A DNA stretch of 54,294 bases, counting the filler, from Sphacelaria rigidula (Eukaryota), in the NCBI GenBank assembly GCA_964200075.2. It is 5 parts of 5 records of this genome, joined end to end, with 100 filler letters (N's around TTAATTAATTAA, not from the genome) between each part and the next. Parts side by side here need not be neighbours in the genome. Positions count along the whole stretch, not along the records: positions 10,881 to 21,659 come from CAXNAA020005926.1; positions 21,760 to 32,538 come from CAXNAA020005927.1; 3 more parts are not named here. The stretch is one strand, 5' to 3'. Each line of letters starts with the position of its first letter. Within the stretch, counting starts at the first letter, position 1. Positions 10,881 through 22,846 of this stretch are shown in pieces. The notes under the pieces are model-generated. The model saw nothing but the letters and a program-made list of their open reading frames with translations, made no database searches and was not told where the DNA came from. The position numbers and the translations under genes are program-made.

Positions 10881-13484
10881 AGGACGCCACCTCGTGCACT
10901 AAGAACAGTAGCCCCATCACCCGTACCGCTGTTTCGGGCGAAAGAGTCGCACATAACCAGCCCGCAACTCGTGAAAGCGTACACAGTGCGGGACCCGCAC
11001 TATTGAGGTAATCTGTTCACATTATTAGTGCGGGATACGCACAATCAAGGACAAAACATATATTGTGCGGGTGTCCAGTGTAGTGCGGGTGAAATCGCCT
11101 GTCCCATACCCGCACTATACAGGGCCACCTACCGTAGCAGACTAAGTCGTGCCAAAAAAAGTAATCAAAAAGTATTAAAAAAAATGTCAACACAAGCAAA
11201 GCACAGAAACAAATGGCCGACCTCAAACAAGAAAAAAGGAAGAAGAAGAGGAAAGTACAAAGTAAATAAAATAAAATACAATGATGGGAAAGAAAAAAAA
11301 AAGACAAGAAGAAAGACGTTCGTGCTCGGCATATGCTGTATCTTTGCAAGAGCACATCTTGTTGTATCTCTCCTTGATACATGACCACTCACCGGTCGAT
11401 GTATTCAGCGCCACACACACTGAGACACAATTGGGGAGCGCCTTCAAATCGTACACATGCCAGCATGACCCACTTCGCTCCGACGACGTCAGCAACACGT
11501 GTTTCGCCGCTATAATACTTCCTACCGTATTACACACGAATATCATGTGTTAACCCGAAAATGTGCTGTCTTCAATGAATGGGATGAGCATGCGCTGTAC
11601 ATTTTCCCGACCGTTTACGGTGTCACGAGTACGCGGTTACTACTAAATCATATGCCTCGGTTATCTACCACGGAAGACGTCGATGTCGGCATTGCCCACG
11701 CCCCACTGCATTGTACCACTCTGTACTGTACTGTACTGTATGTACTGTATGTGTGCACAGTGTGAGAAAGGGTTCCACACGTTTCGACCTCGACAGCCGT
11801 CACGCGTTCGCATCCCCGAGTGCGACAATAAAGGAAAGAATGAAGAGTTAGAGATAACTTGTACACCATACAAGAAATATGCAAACGGATACATTCGACC
11901 CCACCCAGAGGATAACAAATGTCATTGCGAAACGTTGGGGTTGTCTGGCTCACCACACCACACAATACAGAAGATACAATTGTCCCATCACCACATATAC
12001 ACCACTTCTGTGGGTCCCGGTCATGCGAATCCAACGTGTTTTATGGTTCCACCTAGAACCAGCCAGGCCAACGGGTTGTGTCGATAGGAAACGTTCAGGT
12101 ACGAGGAAGGTTCCTCGAGTGTCGGCTAGATCGCTCTCGGAGATTTGTCGAACTGTAAATAAGTCTTGGGAGCGACGGAGCAATGTGTGCGCTCCGAGCC
12201 CAGAGCCAACTTACATGGCACCATCAAGCACATTCTGTGAGCTTGACTGTACACCACACCACAAGCACGTTCTGTGAGCTTGGCTGGTTTGTGGTCTGTC
12301 TTCTGTCGCGAGCCGTGGTGCGAGTCGACACTTTCCCTCCACGTCTCTCGCTTCTTTGCCGTTCTCTTCTGGGATCTTTTTTGTCAACTCTCCCGAGCGA
12401 TATCCTTCCCTCGACGCGACCGTCACAGGTCAATTGACACAGTAGTTGACGATTGAAATGGAAGATTTTCGTATTTTTTTCGTGGCCCGGGATATTCGAA
12501 AGTGTTTTCGCGTACCACCACTCACCCCAGGGGACGTTTGACCCCAAAGTGCGGGCTCGGCAGATACTAGGCATCATTCCATCCACATTTCAAAATGTGA
12601 TAACATCTGCGTTCGTTGTTCAACGACTTGTGGGCTGACCGTTTCCCCGGGGTTCTGAGAGTGCCCAGCCCGAGGTTCTGTTCCCTGAGTATTTTTGCTC
12701 GATTGGAACAATCCCACTCCCTCTAGTAAACAAAAAGAAATGATTGTTCCCTTTTCATTCACCCGCGTATTGAGCTAGAGCCGAAAAACCGTGTTTTTTG
12801 AAGCAGTGACGGTCTAGAACATCACCCAGCGATTCAATGTCTGCAGCTATCTGAACAGTCTGTCAGCTCCTTTCGCCAGGCTGTCGACCGTACTCGGCGC
12901 CATGGGGCTACAAAAGTTTACCTTGGGGGTGGCGCCATGGCAAATGCCGTTGGTTCACATAAGTCGTCTTTGCAGGCCGCATCCACCGCGGTACTAGTAC
13001 CTGTTGTGTGGTACCCTACTGTAAGGTATGAAGCACTTGAACTGTCCTCTACACTTTACAGTGTGCAGATACCACGGATAGCCCTGTGCTGCCGGCAGCT
13101 AATGTCACGTCCTATTTTCACTAGTCAAGCATGGATTGTCTGTTGTGCTGCATTATGTTCAAACCTCTTCCACGATACATTATCGCACATATCACGCGGA
13201 AGATACTGTACCGAAACGAGGCGTAGCTGTTGCAGCGTCTGTTACGGCTTGGTTGTCTTCTGTTTGTGACAGACAAGCTGAGACGAAGGATGAAAAAAAA
13301 TCTGGACTCCGTCGCAGCTGTGCCTCGTGTTCGTGTCCGTCTCGATGGTACCGACAGAAAACTCTCATATGTTCAAGGAGTGTCGTGATCTAGGTATCAC
13401 TTTGGGAGTAGTGGGTGATTTTTTGTCACCTCCGGCGTGCAGCTCGCACAAACAAAGCCCTTCTTAGGATCAAAATATTCCTGC

Positions 13485-13691
13485 TGTAATGCGTGAAAGG
13501 ACCGCGTGCTTAGAGGACCGCATCGTAGTTCGAAACATCTCAGGATCGACGTTTTTCAAAACCAATCGGGCCAGTCTCCGCAGGGACTACGCCCCTGACC
13601 CCAACCCCACCACTCAAACCCTAACCCCATTCATGAGGATGTAAAAAATCCGATGCGGTCCCCCAAGCACGCGGTCCTCTCACGCATTACA
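13485..13691. mobile_element. MITE with TGT..ACA termini and ~40-bp TIRs (Ginger-like ends)
   Basis: TGTAATGCGTGAAAGGACCGCGTGCTTAGAGGACCGCATCG from 13485 versus CGATGCGGTCCCCCAAGCACGCGGTCCTCTCACGCATTACA ending 13691. Flanks CCTGC/CCCGC form a 5-bp TSD with one mismatch. Internal degenerate CCCTAA-like tract. Confidence 0.8.
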
Positions 13692-14154
13692 CCCGCTCTG
13701 CTGATCTGATCTGTCGAAAATCCGCAACGACCTCATCGTGAGCGTTTGTGTGTCGAGAAGAATGGTGACACCTTCACAAAGATGGAATGACGGACGACCC
13801 AAGTCTCGCAGCATTCAGTAATGTCGTTATCGCGCGTCTCCTATTCACCTGGGAGGCGTCGGATGCATCAGTAGCAGTTCAGATTGCTAGCCCACCCTGG
13901 AATGGCTTTGCCCAACCTGTTGGTTTATGCCTTGATCATCGGTTGACGGTTTCTGTCGTACTCCCAGACCAACGCCATACCAACGATGTCGCGAATACCC
14001 CTCACTCAGCAGAAGAACTCAGCCGCCACGATCTGAACTTGAAAGTCCCCTGTCCAAAGCGTTGAATGATACTACGCCGATTCACTGACCAACCCGTATC
14101 TGTCGTATATCTACACGGGTAATCACCACCTGTCCTTTCATTATCTACACGTCA

Positions 14155-14956
14155 GAAGTGGATCGGTGCACTATCGAAGAGGCAACTTTCCCGGTTCCGC
14201 CAGGTCTCCTACCGGTAGAACGGCTGCCGGATCGCGCTAATCCGCGTACGTCTGCTGTCCTTGACAAATGTGTTGATGACACGCTTGAATGACACAGTAT
14301 CGAAGAACGGCCAGGCCCATGGGGTTGTCCGTGCACTATTGTCGCTGAACGCAATTGGAGTACACATTTTTGTGTTAATTACCATCACACCCTTGACCGC
14401 TTTATCATCCGCAAGCGTTGGCCCATGCCAAACCTCGGATCCTGCTCGGACGTGGTCGGTGAATCTCGGTACATCTCAGTCTGCGACATCCTCAGCGCGT
14501 TCTTGCAGATCCCGGTGGCCGCAGAACGCGTGGACCGTACTGCATTCGTCGCACCAACCGGCGAGTACTGTTTCAAAAACATGCCGTCTGGAGTTCGTAA
14601 CGCGCGTTGACTTTTGTTTAACAAATAATGTTGATTTCTCTCGGTCATCTTGGCCCGACTGTCGCGTTCTAGCGTATACGGATGACTTGACCTGTATTTG
14701 TCCCACCTACGAAACTCAGCTTAGATCCTCGTCGCGAATGTTGTCAGCTCTACAGGTAGCATGCTCAACACTGAAATCATCGGAAGTTCAGTTTAGTCAG
14801 AAAGAAAGCGAAGATCTTGGCCATGCCATTTCCGCAAAAGCTATCACTGTCAGTGCCGACCGCATCGAAGCCATTCAAAAGCTGCCAACGCCTGTATGTA
14901 TCGAAGACTTCGGATCTGTCTTGGGCATGCTAGATTTAGGCCGCCGTCGTGTCTAA
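14155..14956 (+). pseudogene. Decayed Ty3/gypsy LTR-retrotransposon reverse transcriptase
   Basis: Translation: ..PGPWGCPCTIVAERNWSTHFCVNYHHTLDRFIIRKRWPMPNLGSCSDVVGESRYISVCDILSAFLQIPVAAERVDRTAFVAPTGEYCFKNMPSGVRNAR*, then after a frameshift ..VLAYTDDL (YxDD, 14675-14686)..LGHAISAKAITVSADRIEAIQKLPTP..SVLGM. In-frame stops at 14290 and 14608. Confidence 0.93.
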
Positions 14957-15151
14957 AAATGTGTGTGTCTCTCTCTCTTTTTTTTGACGTCTTAGTTCGC
15001 GATGTCGTTCTGTTCGACTTTTTTTCTGTTCCTTCTCTTCTTCAGCGAGTGTTTCAGTGTTGGTTTCCTTGGGTACGTCTAACATTAGACCACGACTGGA
15101 CCCCTGCGGGGTCAGTCAATGTGCGACAATCAATCAGTCAATTAATCAATC
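14957..15151 (+). repeat. Probable 5'-truncated non-LTR retroelement 3' end with a (CAAT)n-like tail, abutting the gypsy RT
   Basis: T-rich UTR-like sequence ending GACCACGACTGG...GTGCGACAATCAATCAGTCAATTAATCAATC. A similar tail occurs in reverse at about 23385-23428. Confidence 0.5.
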
Positions 15152-15169
15152 TGCCAGGTGCGGGTTTCT

Positions 15170-15705
15170 GTATACCCGGGGTATTTTCCCTGGTATTTGC
15201 CGTACCCGACAATCCTGTGATTCCTCTAGGACTCTCATACCGGTACCCGACAGCTTTGTTGACTTTGTGAGACTCTCACACCCTCACCACATAGTTCTGT
15301 GAGTTCTGTAAGCCTCCCGTACCGTTACCGGGGCCACCAGTATGCCCTTGAGAAGATATTCGGTTGCGGGTGCGGTTTCCTGTTCAACCTCCATACCCTA
15401 CCCGACAGTACATGTATGTTCTAAAAGCTTCCCATACCCTCACCCGACAGTTCTGTGAGTTTTGTACAGCATGGATACCCGTATCCGGAACGCGGGTATG
15501 CCCTTGAAGAAATATCCGATCGCCGGTTCCGCGGTCTCTAAGCTTCCCATACCCTACCCAACAAAATTCTGGAAGACTGTCAAGCCGGTACACGACAGTT
15601 CTGTAATCCCTACACGACTAACACTGGTACAGTACCCGATATTTGTGTGCGTTTCGTGAGAAATCCCATGCCCTCCAGAACATGACTGTACCCTACAGAA
15701 CACAG
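15170..15705. repeat. Dispersed repeat family built of CATACCC(T)ACCCGACAG / GTTCTGTGAG / CCGGTACACGACAGTT motifs
   Basis: Motifs recur many times here and again in contig 5 at 47940-48370; for example CATACCCTACCCGACAG and CCGGTACACGACAGTT occur in both. Confidence 0.8.
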
Positions 15706-16689
15706 CCTTGGAACATTGTGCTGAAATCACAGCTCTACCAGTCGATATCATTCAAAAATACGTTATCCTCAGAAACAATCTCGAGTCCACGTGGGGTCCT
15801 GATCAAGACGCAGCCTTCGCGAAAATCAAGCGGGTGCTGGTTCTCTGAGCTGGGCCAGCTGACAGTAATTCTCGAATGTTTTTTGTGTCCGGAGGTGCTA
15901 AATTTGAAAAGCTAGGCGCTGAACGTTTGACACAACATTTTCATCATCAACGCGCGTAACATTATATCGCATTCTCGGGATGTGAGGAGGAAGAAGTAAA
16001 GGTTTGAGCGATGCGGAATTTCAGCAAAAAACGGAGACAAAACAAAACTTGTGAAAGAACGAAGCACGGCGGCATTCCCAGAAAAGTTGCACACACTTGC
16101 GTGCAGGACGGTCTGTTACGCAATCGGCATAAAACTCCTGAAACTGGGCCCAGCCTGACGCTGCTTGTGTGACACCTCTGTGCCCCTGTAATCCACGCGA
16201 GAGAGGAGACTCTAGGTATGGAGGTGACGAGTTCGAATCTCCACATTTTATTTTTTTTCGTTCCGTCGTCAAGGTCATTTGTTATGGTGTGCATGATTAG
16301 GCTGGTCTGCAGTTCTCAGCGATATGCTGAAATCGGGCTGGTTCCTATGCCCGGTTTCTATTTTCTTGGACTTGCGCCCCGGTTGATATGTGTGCATAGA
16401 GCCGGTTTTGCGACGGCTGTACGCACCGTGACATCCCTAATCGAGGCTGCTGTACCCCGTGAAGCATGTATCACCGTGTTTGCAGATTGTACCATACTAC
16501 TACACCCACTGCTTACTGCTGTGCTGTGAAACAAATGATGTCAGTTGCCCGTCATTGTTTGTCCCCATCTGTGTGGGCACAACAGCAGCACAGAGTAGCA
16601 TGTACGCGTTGACTGCTCTGACGGCGCTTCTGTCTGCTGTGAGAGTAGTGTTGTGTTGCAGAGCGCGGATGATCTCTCAAAGGAAATGT

Positions 16690-18290
16690 GCGTCTCTCTC
16701 CCCTAATTCGCTATTTCAGCAGCAGCGGCTGATATCGAACGGACGAAAAAAAGATCGCAGTACTATACTCCTGCTCTCTGTGGTACGCCGTGACGAGTGT
16801 ACTGCAGCTCAACATTTTGGCATGAGCGCACGCACCCGAATAAGATCGCACGGTTTCTTTGAGCGCTGTACTGCACTATGCACTGCTGCTTGTGCGATCT
16901 TGTGAGATACGTATTTGTGGTGTACTGCATTTTGCCAGGGTTCAAACGGCTATCATGCACGCGACATTGCGAACATCGAACGGAGACTAATTGTAATTGT
17001 GTCGCTGCACAAACATCTTGTACCCAGGGTACCACGGTTTACCTTGTACTTCACGAGCTGTGCAAGACACGTCTTCACGTCTGTAGCTGCCCGACGCATG
17101 TGGTTTATACAGACGCCCTCCCGAATAGGTCTCGAGGCACAGGGCAACAATCGAGGAGGTATGTAGCCGGATGATATACCGACGGAGTAGTGCCCCCCCC
17201 GCGCACGCGCGCGGGAGATGCTTGTCAAGGCGTCAGATTGTATTCCACCGTGATGCGGGCAACACTCTGCGGATCGATTTCGACCCTCGATTCGGTCATA
17301 TTGAATTTCCGTGTCATGTTCTGTGCGTCGTTGTGGTCCCCCTCACTGTCGTAGATGCTCCTGAAAAGCAAGCAAGCTAGGTGGTTCAGTGCACTTTCCG
17401 TGCATTCATCATTCTGTATCTCTGGCAAAACGTCATCTTAAAGCACGGTACTGCACTACGTGCTGCTCCTTGTGCGCTGCCGTGAAACACGTGTTTGCGG
17501 TGTGTTGTACTGCCGCAGCTCACCGGCTGTTGTTGTTCGCGACAAGTTCGATCCGCATTCTGGTGCGCATACGAGCAAACAGCCTGTCACGGCTTCACTT
17601 GCGTCCCCGTTGGTACTGTACGAGCACATCCTGTTGTGATCTCTAAAAACACTATGTGCCTCTCTCCATTTGCAACTCCGGCAGCAGCGGCGAAGATCCG
17701 ACGGAGAAGTATCTTTGTTCCAACTCCACAAACATACTGCACTCAGTGTTCTACAGTTTATATCTTGAACATCACTACTTTGAAAAACACGGCATCTGCA
17801 GCTGCCCTGCGCGTGTGTCGTAAAACAGACGACCTCCTGATTAAAACCTCGAGCCACAGGGCAACAATGGAGGAGATACAGAGTCGAGAATGATAGCATA
17901 CCGGCGGAGTAATGCTCCCCTGCGCACGCGTGCGATAAATGCTCATTACGGTGCGGGATTGTACACCGCTGGGATGCGCACAACACTATTCTTTGGAGAG
18001 ATCCAGACCCTCGAGTACTTATCTTTGGATGTCGGTTCGTCCGAGCGTTCCTGTTGTGTTTCTGCATGTCATCGTGCTCTCCCTCACTGTCTGTAGATGC
18101 TGGTGGAAAATCCCTCAGGCAGGCGGTTCGATAGGCTCTGCGTGCAGCCATCGTTCTGTGATAACTCTGACTCAATGTTAGCCTGGAGCGCCGTAGTATC
18201 GCACTTCGTATTGCTTCTTGTCCGATGTCGTGAGACACGTGCTTGCGGTGTGCTGCAATTTGGCACAGCAGCGCCCTCGACTGTAAACAA
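16690..18290. repeat. Diverged direct duplication or complex repeat
   Basis: CACAGGGCAACAAT at about 17139 and 17855; CCCTCACTGTC(G/T)..AGATGCT at about 17340 and 18082; GTGA(G/A)A(T/C)ACGT..TTG(T/C)GGTGT at about 16902, 17482 and 18230. Confidence 0.7.
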
Positions 18291-18559
18291 ATAGTGTTGT
18301 ACGTGTCGGCGACTTGACCGAACCGGTCGCGATTTTCAAGTTTGTTCAAACGATCGTGAACGCAACGGTGTTGTCAATCCGCTCACACGCACACAAAATC
18401 TACCACGGACGCGAGCACGGGACCCCTAGTGTTCGCTCGAACAGTCATCTCCCGGGGCGGGTGCGGAAGAACTTGCACACTAGTTTCAGCATGAATCGCG
18501 CGCACGCCTCCTTACAAAGTATGGTGTACGCTTTGAGGGAGATCCAGACGCGTGTCTGG

Positions 18560-20810
18560 CCACCTTTGCGGTACCGCCCATCTTCTTCACTCTATGTTAT
18601 ATATCTTGGCCCAACAATACGACGACAGAAAGCGCGCGTCGATATGCGACTTTTGGTACCACTCTGGCCCGGTGCTGTGTTGCTTATACTTCGGACAAAC
18701 TTGATGTTCCAATGTGATACCAATATTTTGTGTTGGAGGCAGCTCAAACATCGCCCTTTCAAAAAATGTTGTGTTGAGATGTCCTCGGAGACATTGAATC
18801 ATGAAGCAACGATATATATTTCGTGTATCATGATTGTGCAGTAATGCATGACTGTATATTGGACATGCCTTTGCTCCGGGAACAAAACATTCAATATATA
18901 TATAGTGCATATCGGCCGTGCACGTGTGGAAGTTTCTATGTAATGTGTCGAAGCAGTGCGTAACATATTGTTACCTTCATATATGTCTATATTGCACACG
19001 AACCATGCAAAATTCTTGTTTTTCCCGTTTGACTTTCGCGCGCTCATCGCATAGCTATTGTGCAGCCAATATACGTTGGACATGCTCGCGGACGAATATA
19101 TCACACCCTGGACACCACAAAACATTTTTAATATATACTTCCTCTGTGCCATAAGTAAAGGTCCTTAGGTTTACACAGACCTTTAGCGGTGTCCGATGCC
19201 GCCGGCGACCATTTTTTTTAAACCTTTGGAGTTTTTTTTGTTCAAGTCCGTTTTTTATTTGTTGTTGCACGCACCACCCCGCGTGCATGAGCGGCCGAGG
19301 AGAAACCAGTCGGCCTGAAAAAGGCCGTATTTTGCATGTATTTTGCCCCCCTCCAGGGCGGGGCACTGACAAAAACAAGAGAAAAAAACCAAGAATTATC
19401 CCTGACCCCAAACCTAGCCCCCCCCCTCTACTCAACGACCCATGACGCGCCCCCCATACCAAAAACAGTATATTAGTGAACCCCACACTAAAACCAAGGC
19501 AATTCTCATAATAGTTCTCAAATACGTCCCAGAAAACCCGCCAAAATTCCCAATATTCGACACACTATTTCTCAGTAATTACGAATCGGATTCAACTTGT
19601 TTTTTTTTAGAGGTATCCTCAAATCCATAGCTTTTCAACAAGCCTATCGGTAGTATTGTGAGTGACTAGGTTGGCGAGATATGATTTGTACCCCATGAGG
19701 ACCTTTACTTATGGCACAGAGGAAGTATATATAAGTCGATCATATTAGATTTTTGCGATATGTTGCCGGCGAAATTCATATTGGTACCCTTGCACTATAC
19801 ATGCATTGCGCGCCCAATATATATTGATGTCGTGGGACTGCATTCATGTTGCACGCCCAATATATATTGGTACCGTGGGGTTGAACAGATATTGTTCCAT
19901 CAATGTGTATTCGGGCAGCGTGGGCGACAGCATATTGCACGCCCAATTTCTGTTAAGGGTCGCATTGGTGAGAACATATTGACCGGTCAATATATATTGA
20001 GTCTGCGTGGGTGTGAATGTATTGGCCGGTCAAGATATATTGGATACTGTAGGTATGGCGCACGATTTGAGAGAGATCCAGACGGGATGGATGCCGGAGC
20101 CCGTGCAGATTGGGAAAAGCTCTCAAGGGAGCCGCAGAAGTTCGCGTGCATTACCACGGGGAATTGTCGAATGCGTTTGACATACAAATATGTACATATG
20201 GTGAAAACATATGGTGACAGAAGGGGCAACCCGGTATATATGCCTTCTGATACCCATCTGGCCACCGGTGCGGGGTCGCTGATCCCCTTCACAGCATGTA
20301 ATATATCTTCGGTAAACATCACGATGATAGAAAACGCGGGTCGATATGCGTCTTTTGGTATCCCTGTTGTCACCGGGGCTGTGTTGCTTATACCCAGGGC
20401 AAAACAATATGGTATGTTCCAAAATGATACCAATACTTTGTTTTGAAGGCAGCGCAAATATTGTCCTTTCAATATATACTCTGTTGAGCTGTCTTGAGAG
20501 ATATTGAAGCAACAATATATATTTCTCGTGTCATGATCATGAAGTTATACATGACAATAGATGTTGGACATGCCTTTGCTCCGGGAACAAATCATTCCAC
20601 ATATATTGTGCATGCCCGCTGTGTATGTATTGAAGTGTCACAATGTTTTGAGTCGAAGCGATGATCAACATATTGTTGCCATAATATGTATATTGAACGC
20701 AAACCATGCAAAAGCACTGTCACTCCAATATATATTGCGTACGCTCATCGCATAGCTATTGCTACACCAATATATATGTATTGAACACGCTTGCGGAGGA
20801 ATATATTGAA
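18560..20810. repeat. Two diverged direct copies of a ~550-bp AT-rich unit (about 18560-19110 and 20250-20810)
   Basis: Shared blocks GCTGTGTTGCTTATAC, GATACCAATA, TTGGACATGCCTTTGCTCCGGGAACAAA, AACCATGCAAAA and CGCTCATCGCATAGCTATTG occur in the same order in both copies. Confidence 0.85.
19138..19725. mobile_element. Stowaway-like (Tc1/mariner) MITE, 588 bp
   Basis: Perfect 28-bp TIR CTTCCTCTGTGCCATAAGTAAAGGTCCT (19138-19165) / AGGACCTTTACTTATGGCACAGAGGAAG (19698-19725). TA TSD inside a (TA)n run. The terminus resembles the Stowaway consensus CTCCCTCCGT. Confidence 0.92.
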
Positions 20811-21659
20811 CGTTTTCGGAATGTGGTGATACATCTTCCAATGGCGCCCGCGAACATAGAACTGCTCACAATACTAATCCCAATACACTTTCCAATCTAC
20901 ATGTTGAAAATACGAAGACACTGCTACACGAATATGTATTGTGACCGTCGGTTCCCTCGTGCGCCAATGCGTCCAATATATATGGTATATTGGACACATT
21001 GGCGCACGACATATTGGGGTGTAAATATATATTGGCGCTTCGGGTGTTGAGTATACTGAATCGTCAATATATATTGACCTCGTATGGCAGCCAATATATT
21101 GCTCGACAGTGTGTATTAGCGCTTTACCGCACCAACATATTACTCGGCCGATATATGTTGAGGTGACGCGTGTCATGCTCTATGATGTTGTCGATACCTC
21201 CCCTGTCTCGTAGGTCTGGGCACTGTTTGGGTACTTGAACGTTGACGATCATCCTATGGTTGGGTTCGTTAGGAGATGAAACGCAGGCGAAGCTGATTAG
21301 AAAAAACGAAAGAATAAACTATTTTCATCACCAAAATTATGTCGAAATATCTCCCGTCACGACCCTTTTGATCCATTTATACCCCATTTTAACATCACGG
21401 ACATGTTCACAATCAATGGTGGTTTCGTAATTTTCACATTTTCTGGCCCATTTTCTGGCCCATTTCCCGCGATTTTTTGTGTCCCCGGGTCTCATGCTTT
21501 CCTTGGGAAACGAACGAAAAATGGCCGTATTCGGACCGACCTACTTTTGTTTCGGCCGCGCGGCTGCATGGGTCAAGCACATACGTTGTAGGATGTTGGT
21601 GTACCAAAACAAATCCCTCGCGAGTGCAATATGAATATCGGAAATCAAGTATCACACCG

Positions 21660-21759
21660 NNNNNNNNNNNNNNNNNNNNNNNNNNNNNNNNNNNNNNNNN
21701 NNNTTAATTAATTAANNNNNNNNNNNNNNNNNNNNNNNNNNNNNNNNNNNNNNNNNNNN
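21660..21759. other. Artificial contig linker N44-TTAATTAATTAA-N44
   Basis: Same 100-bp structure as the other gaps. Confidence 0.99.
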
Positions 21760-22776
21760 TATACAACCCAGGATCTATCGCGGTACACCATTTCCATCGA
21801 TGGCGAGTGATCTTCATCTATTGTAATTGCCATAGGCTATCGATCGACTACTGCAACATCTATTGTTCCTTGCAATGCATATCAATAGATGTCTTTCACC
21901 ATCTATCGTGTTCGATAATATATATCGATATATTTTTCCCTGTGTCTATTGCTGAAGCAATGAACTATTATTGTGTGCATTGTCCAGGGTGTGTAGGTTT
22001 TGTTTCTGCAGAGGGTCGTCGAATAGCCAAGCATGCCGGTTGAATGTCGGGGTATTGGTTTGGACAGCCGGTGTTGTGAAGCTGGAGTTTTGGCCAGGCA
22101 AAAAAACGCTCGGGGAAATTCAACCCGGAGCCTGCGCGGTTTGCAGCAGCTGAATCATCAATGCAACTGCAGTACCTCGGCGACTGAAAAGCAACACTCG
22201 AATTCATTGCACGAACCGCTTAGGTACCTGAACTTAGCATAGGACCTGGAAATTACGAAGGTATGTAGGACTACTGTGCTCGGTCATGCCATGGTCGGCA
22301 GTCTCCAAGTTGGCACGGAAGTAGAAACGGATGTCCTGACCGGTGCAGTCAAATTCTGGATGCCGCGAGCAAGGTGCAGGTCGTTTCGGAGCAGTTTCTG
22401 AACGCCCGTGGGTCCAGGTGTTGTGGTGATACGGTGGTCGAGCTTTTCGGAAGGATTCATCTGTACTTACTAGGTACTACGACTAGGGTAGGTCACCTGC
22501 TGAATCGGCATCAATATTCACTTGAAAAAAGTATGCATGATGCAAATGGACTACCCGCATCGTGGTCTAAGGGTTAAGTTCCTCTGATTGAAAGCTAAAA
22601 GAATGGCGGTTTGTTTTGGAACGTTTTGTATGTGTGTGTGTGCTTCTGGCACACTTTTCCCCGTGTTGTAGTCCCAAACGTGACGATGTGATTAAGCACG
22701 GCCCGATTACAGTGACAGTACCCGTGAGTGACTACTGTTTGTTATCGATGCTGCTGTCTCTCGATTGTACCTGCAG

Positions 22777-22846
22777 CGAAACTATCTCAAGGCGGAGGAG
22801 GGCAAAGAGGAGAAACAGGAGAGAAGCGAGAGCAGCGAAGTGACAG
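22777..22846 (+). CDS. VPS13B-like gene, internal exon (70 bp)
   Basis: CTGCAG|CGA AAC...ACA G|GTGTGA; reads RNYLKAEEGKEEKQERSESSEVT. The phase-1 end joins exon 23521 (G+GC). Confidence 0.6.

Noticed and set aside
17456..18844. ORFs of 297 aa (-) and 176 aa (+)
   Set aside because: They run through degenerate repeats and have no recognisable protein features; probably chance ORFs.
19760..20472. 228-aa and 161-aa ORFs
   Set aside because: They translate the CAATATATATTG array and the duplicated unit; the I/Y bias comes from the repeat.
22243..22379. Possible further upstream VPS13B-like exon (DLEITKVCRTTVLGHAMVGSLQVG..)
   Set aside because: I could not fix a convincing boundary pair in phase with exon 22777 other than an 18-bp micro-exon.
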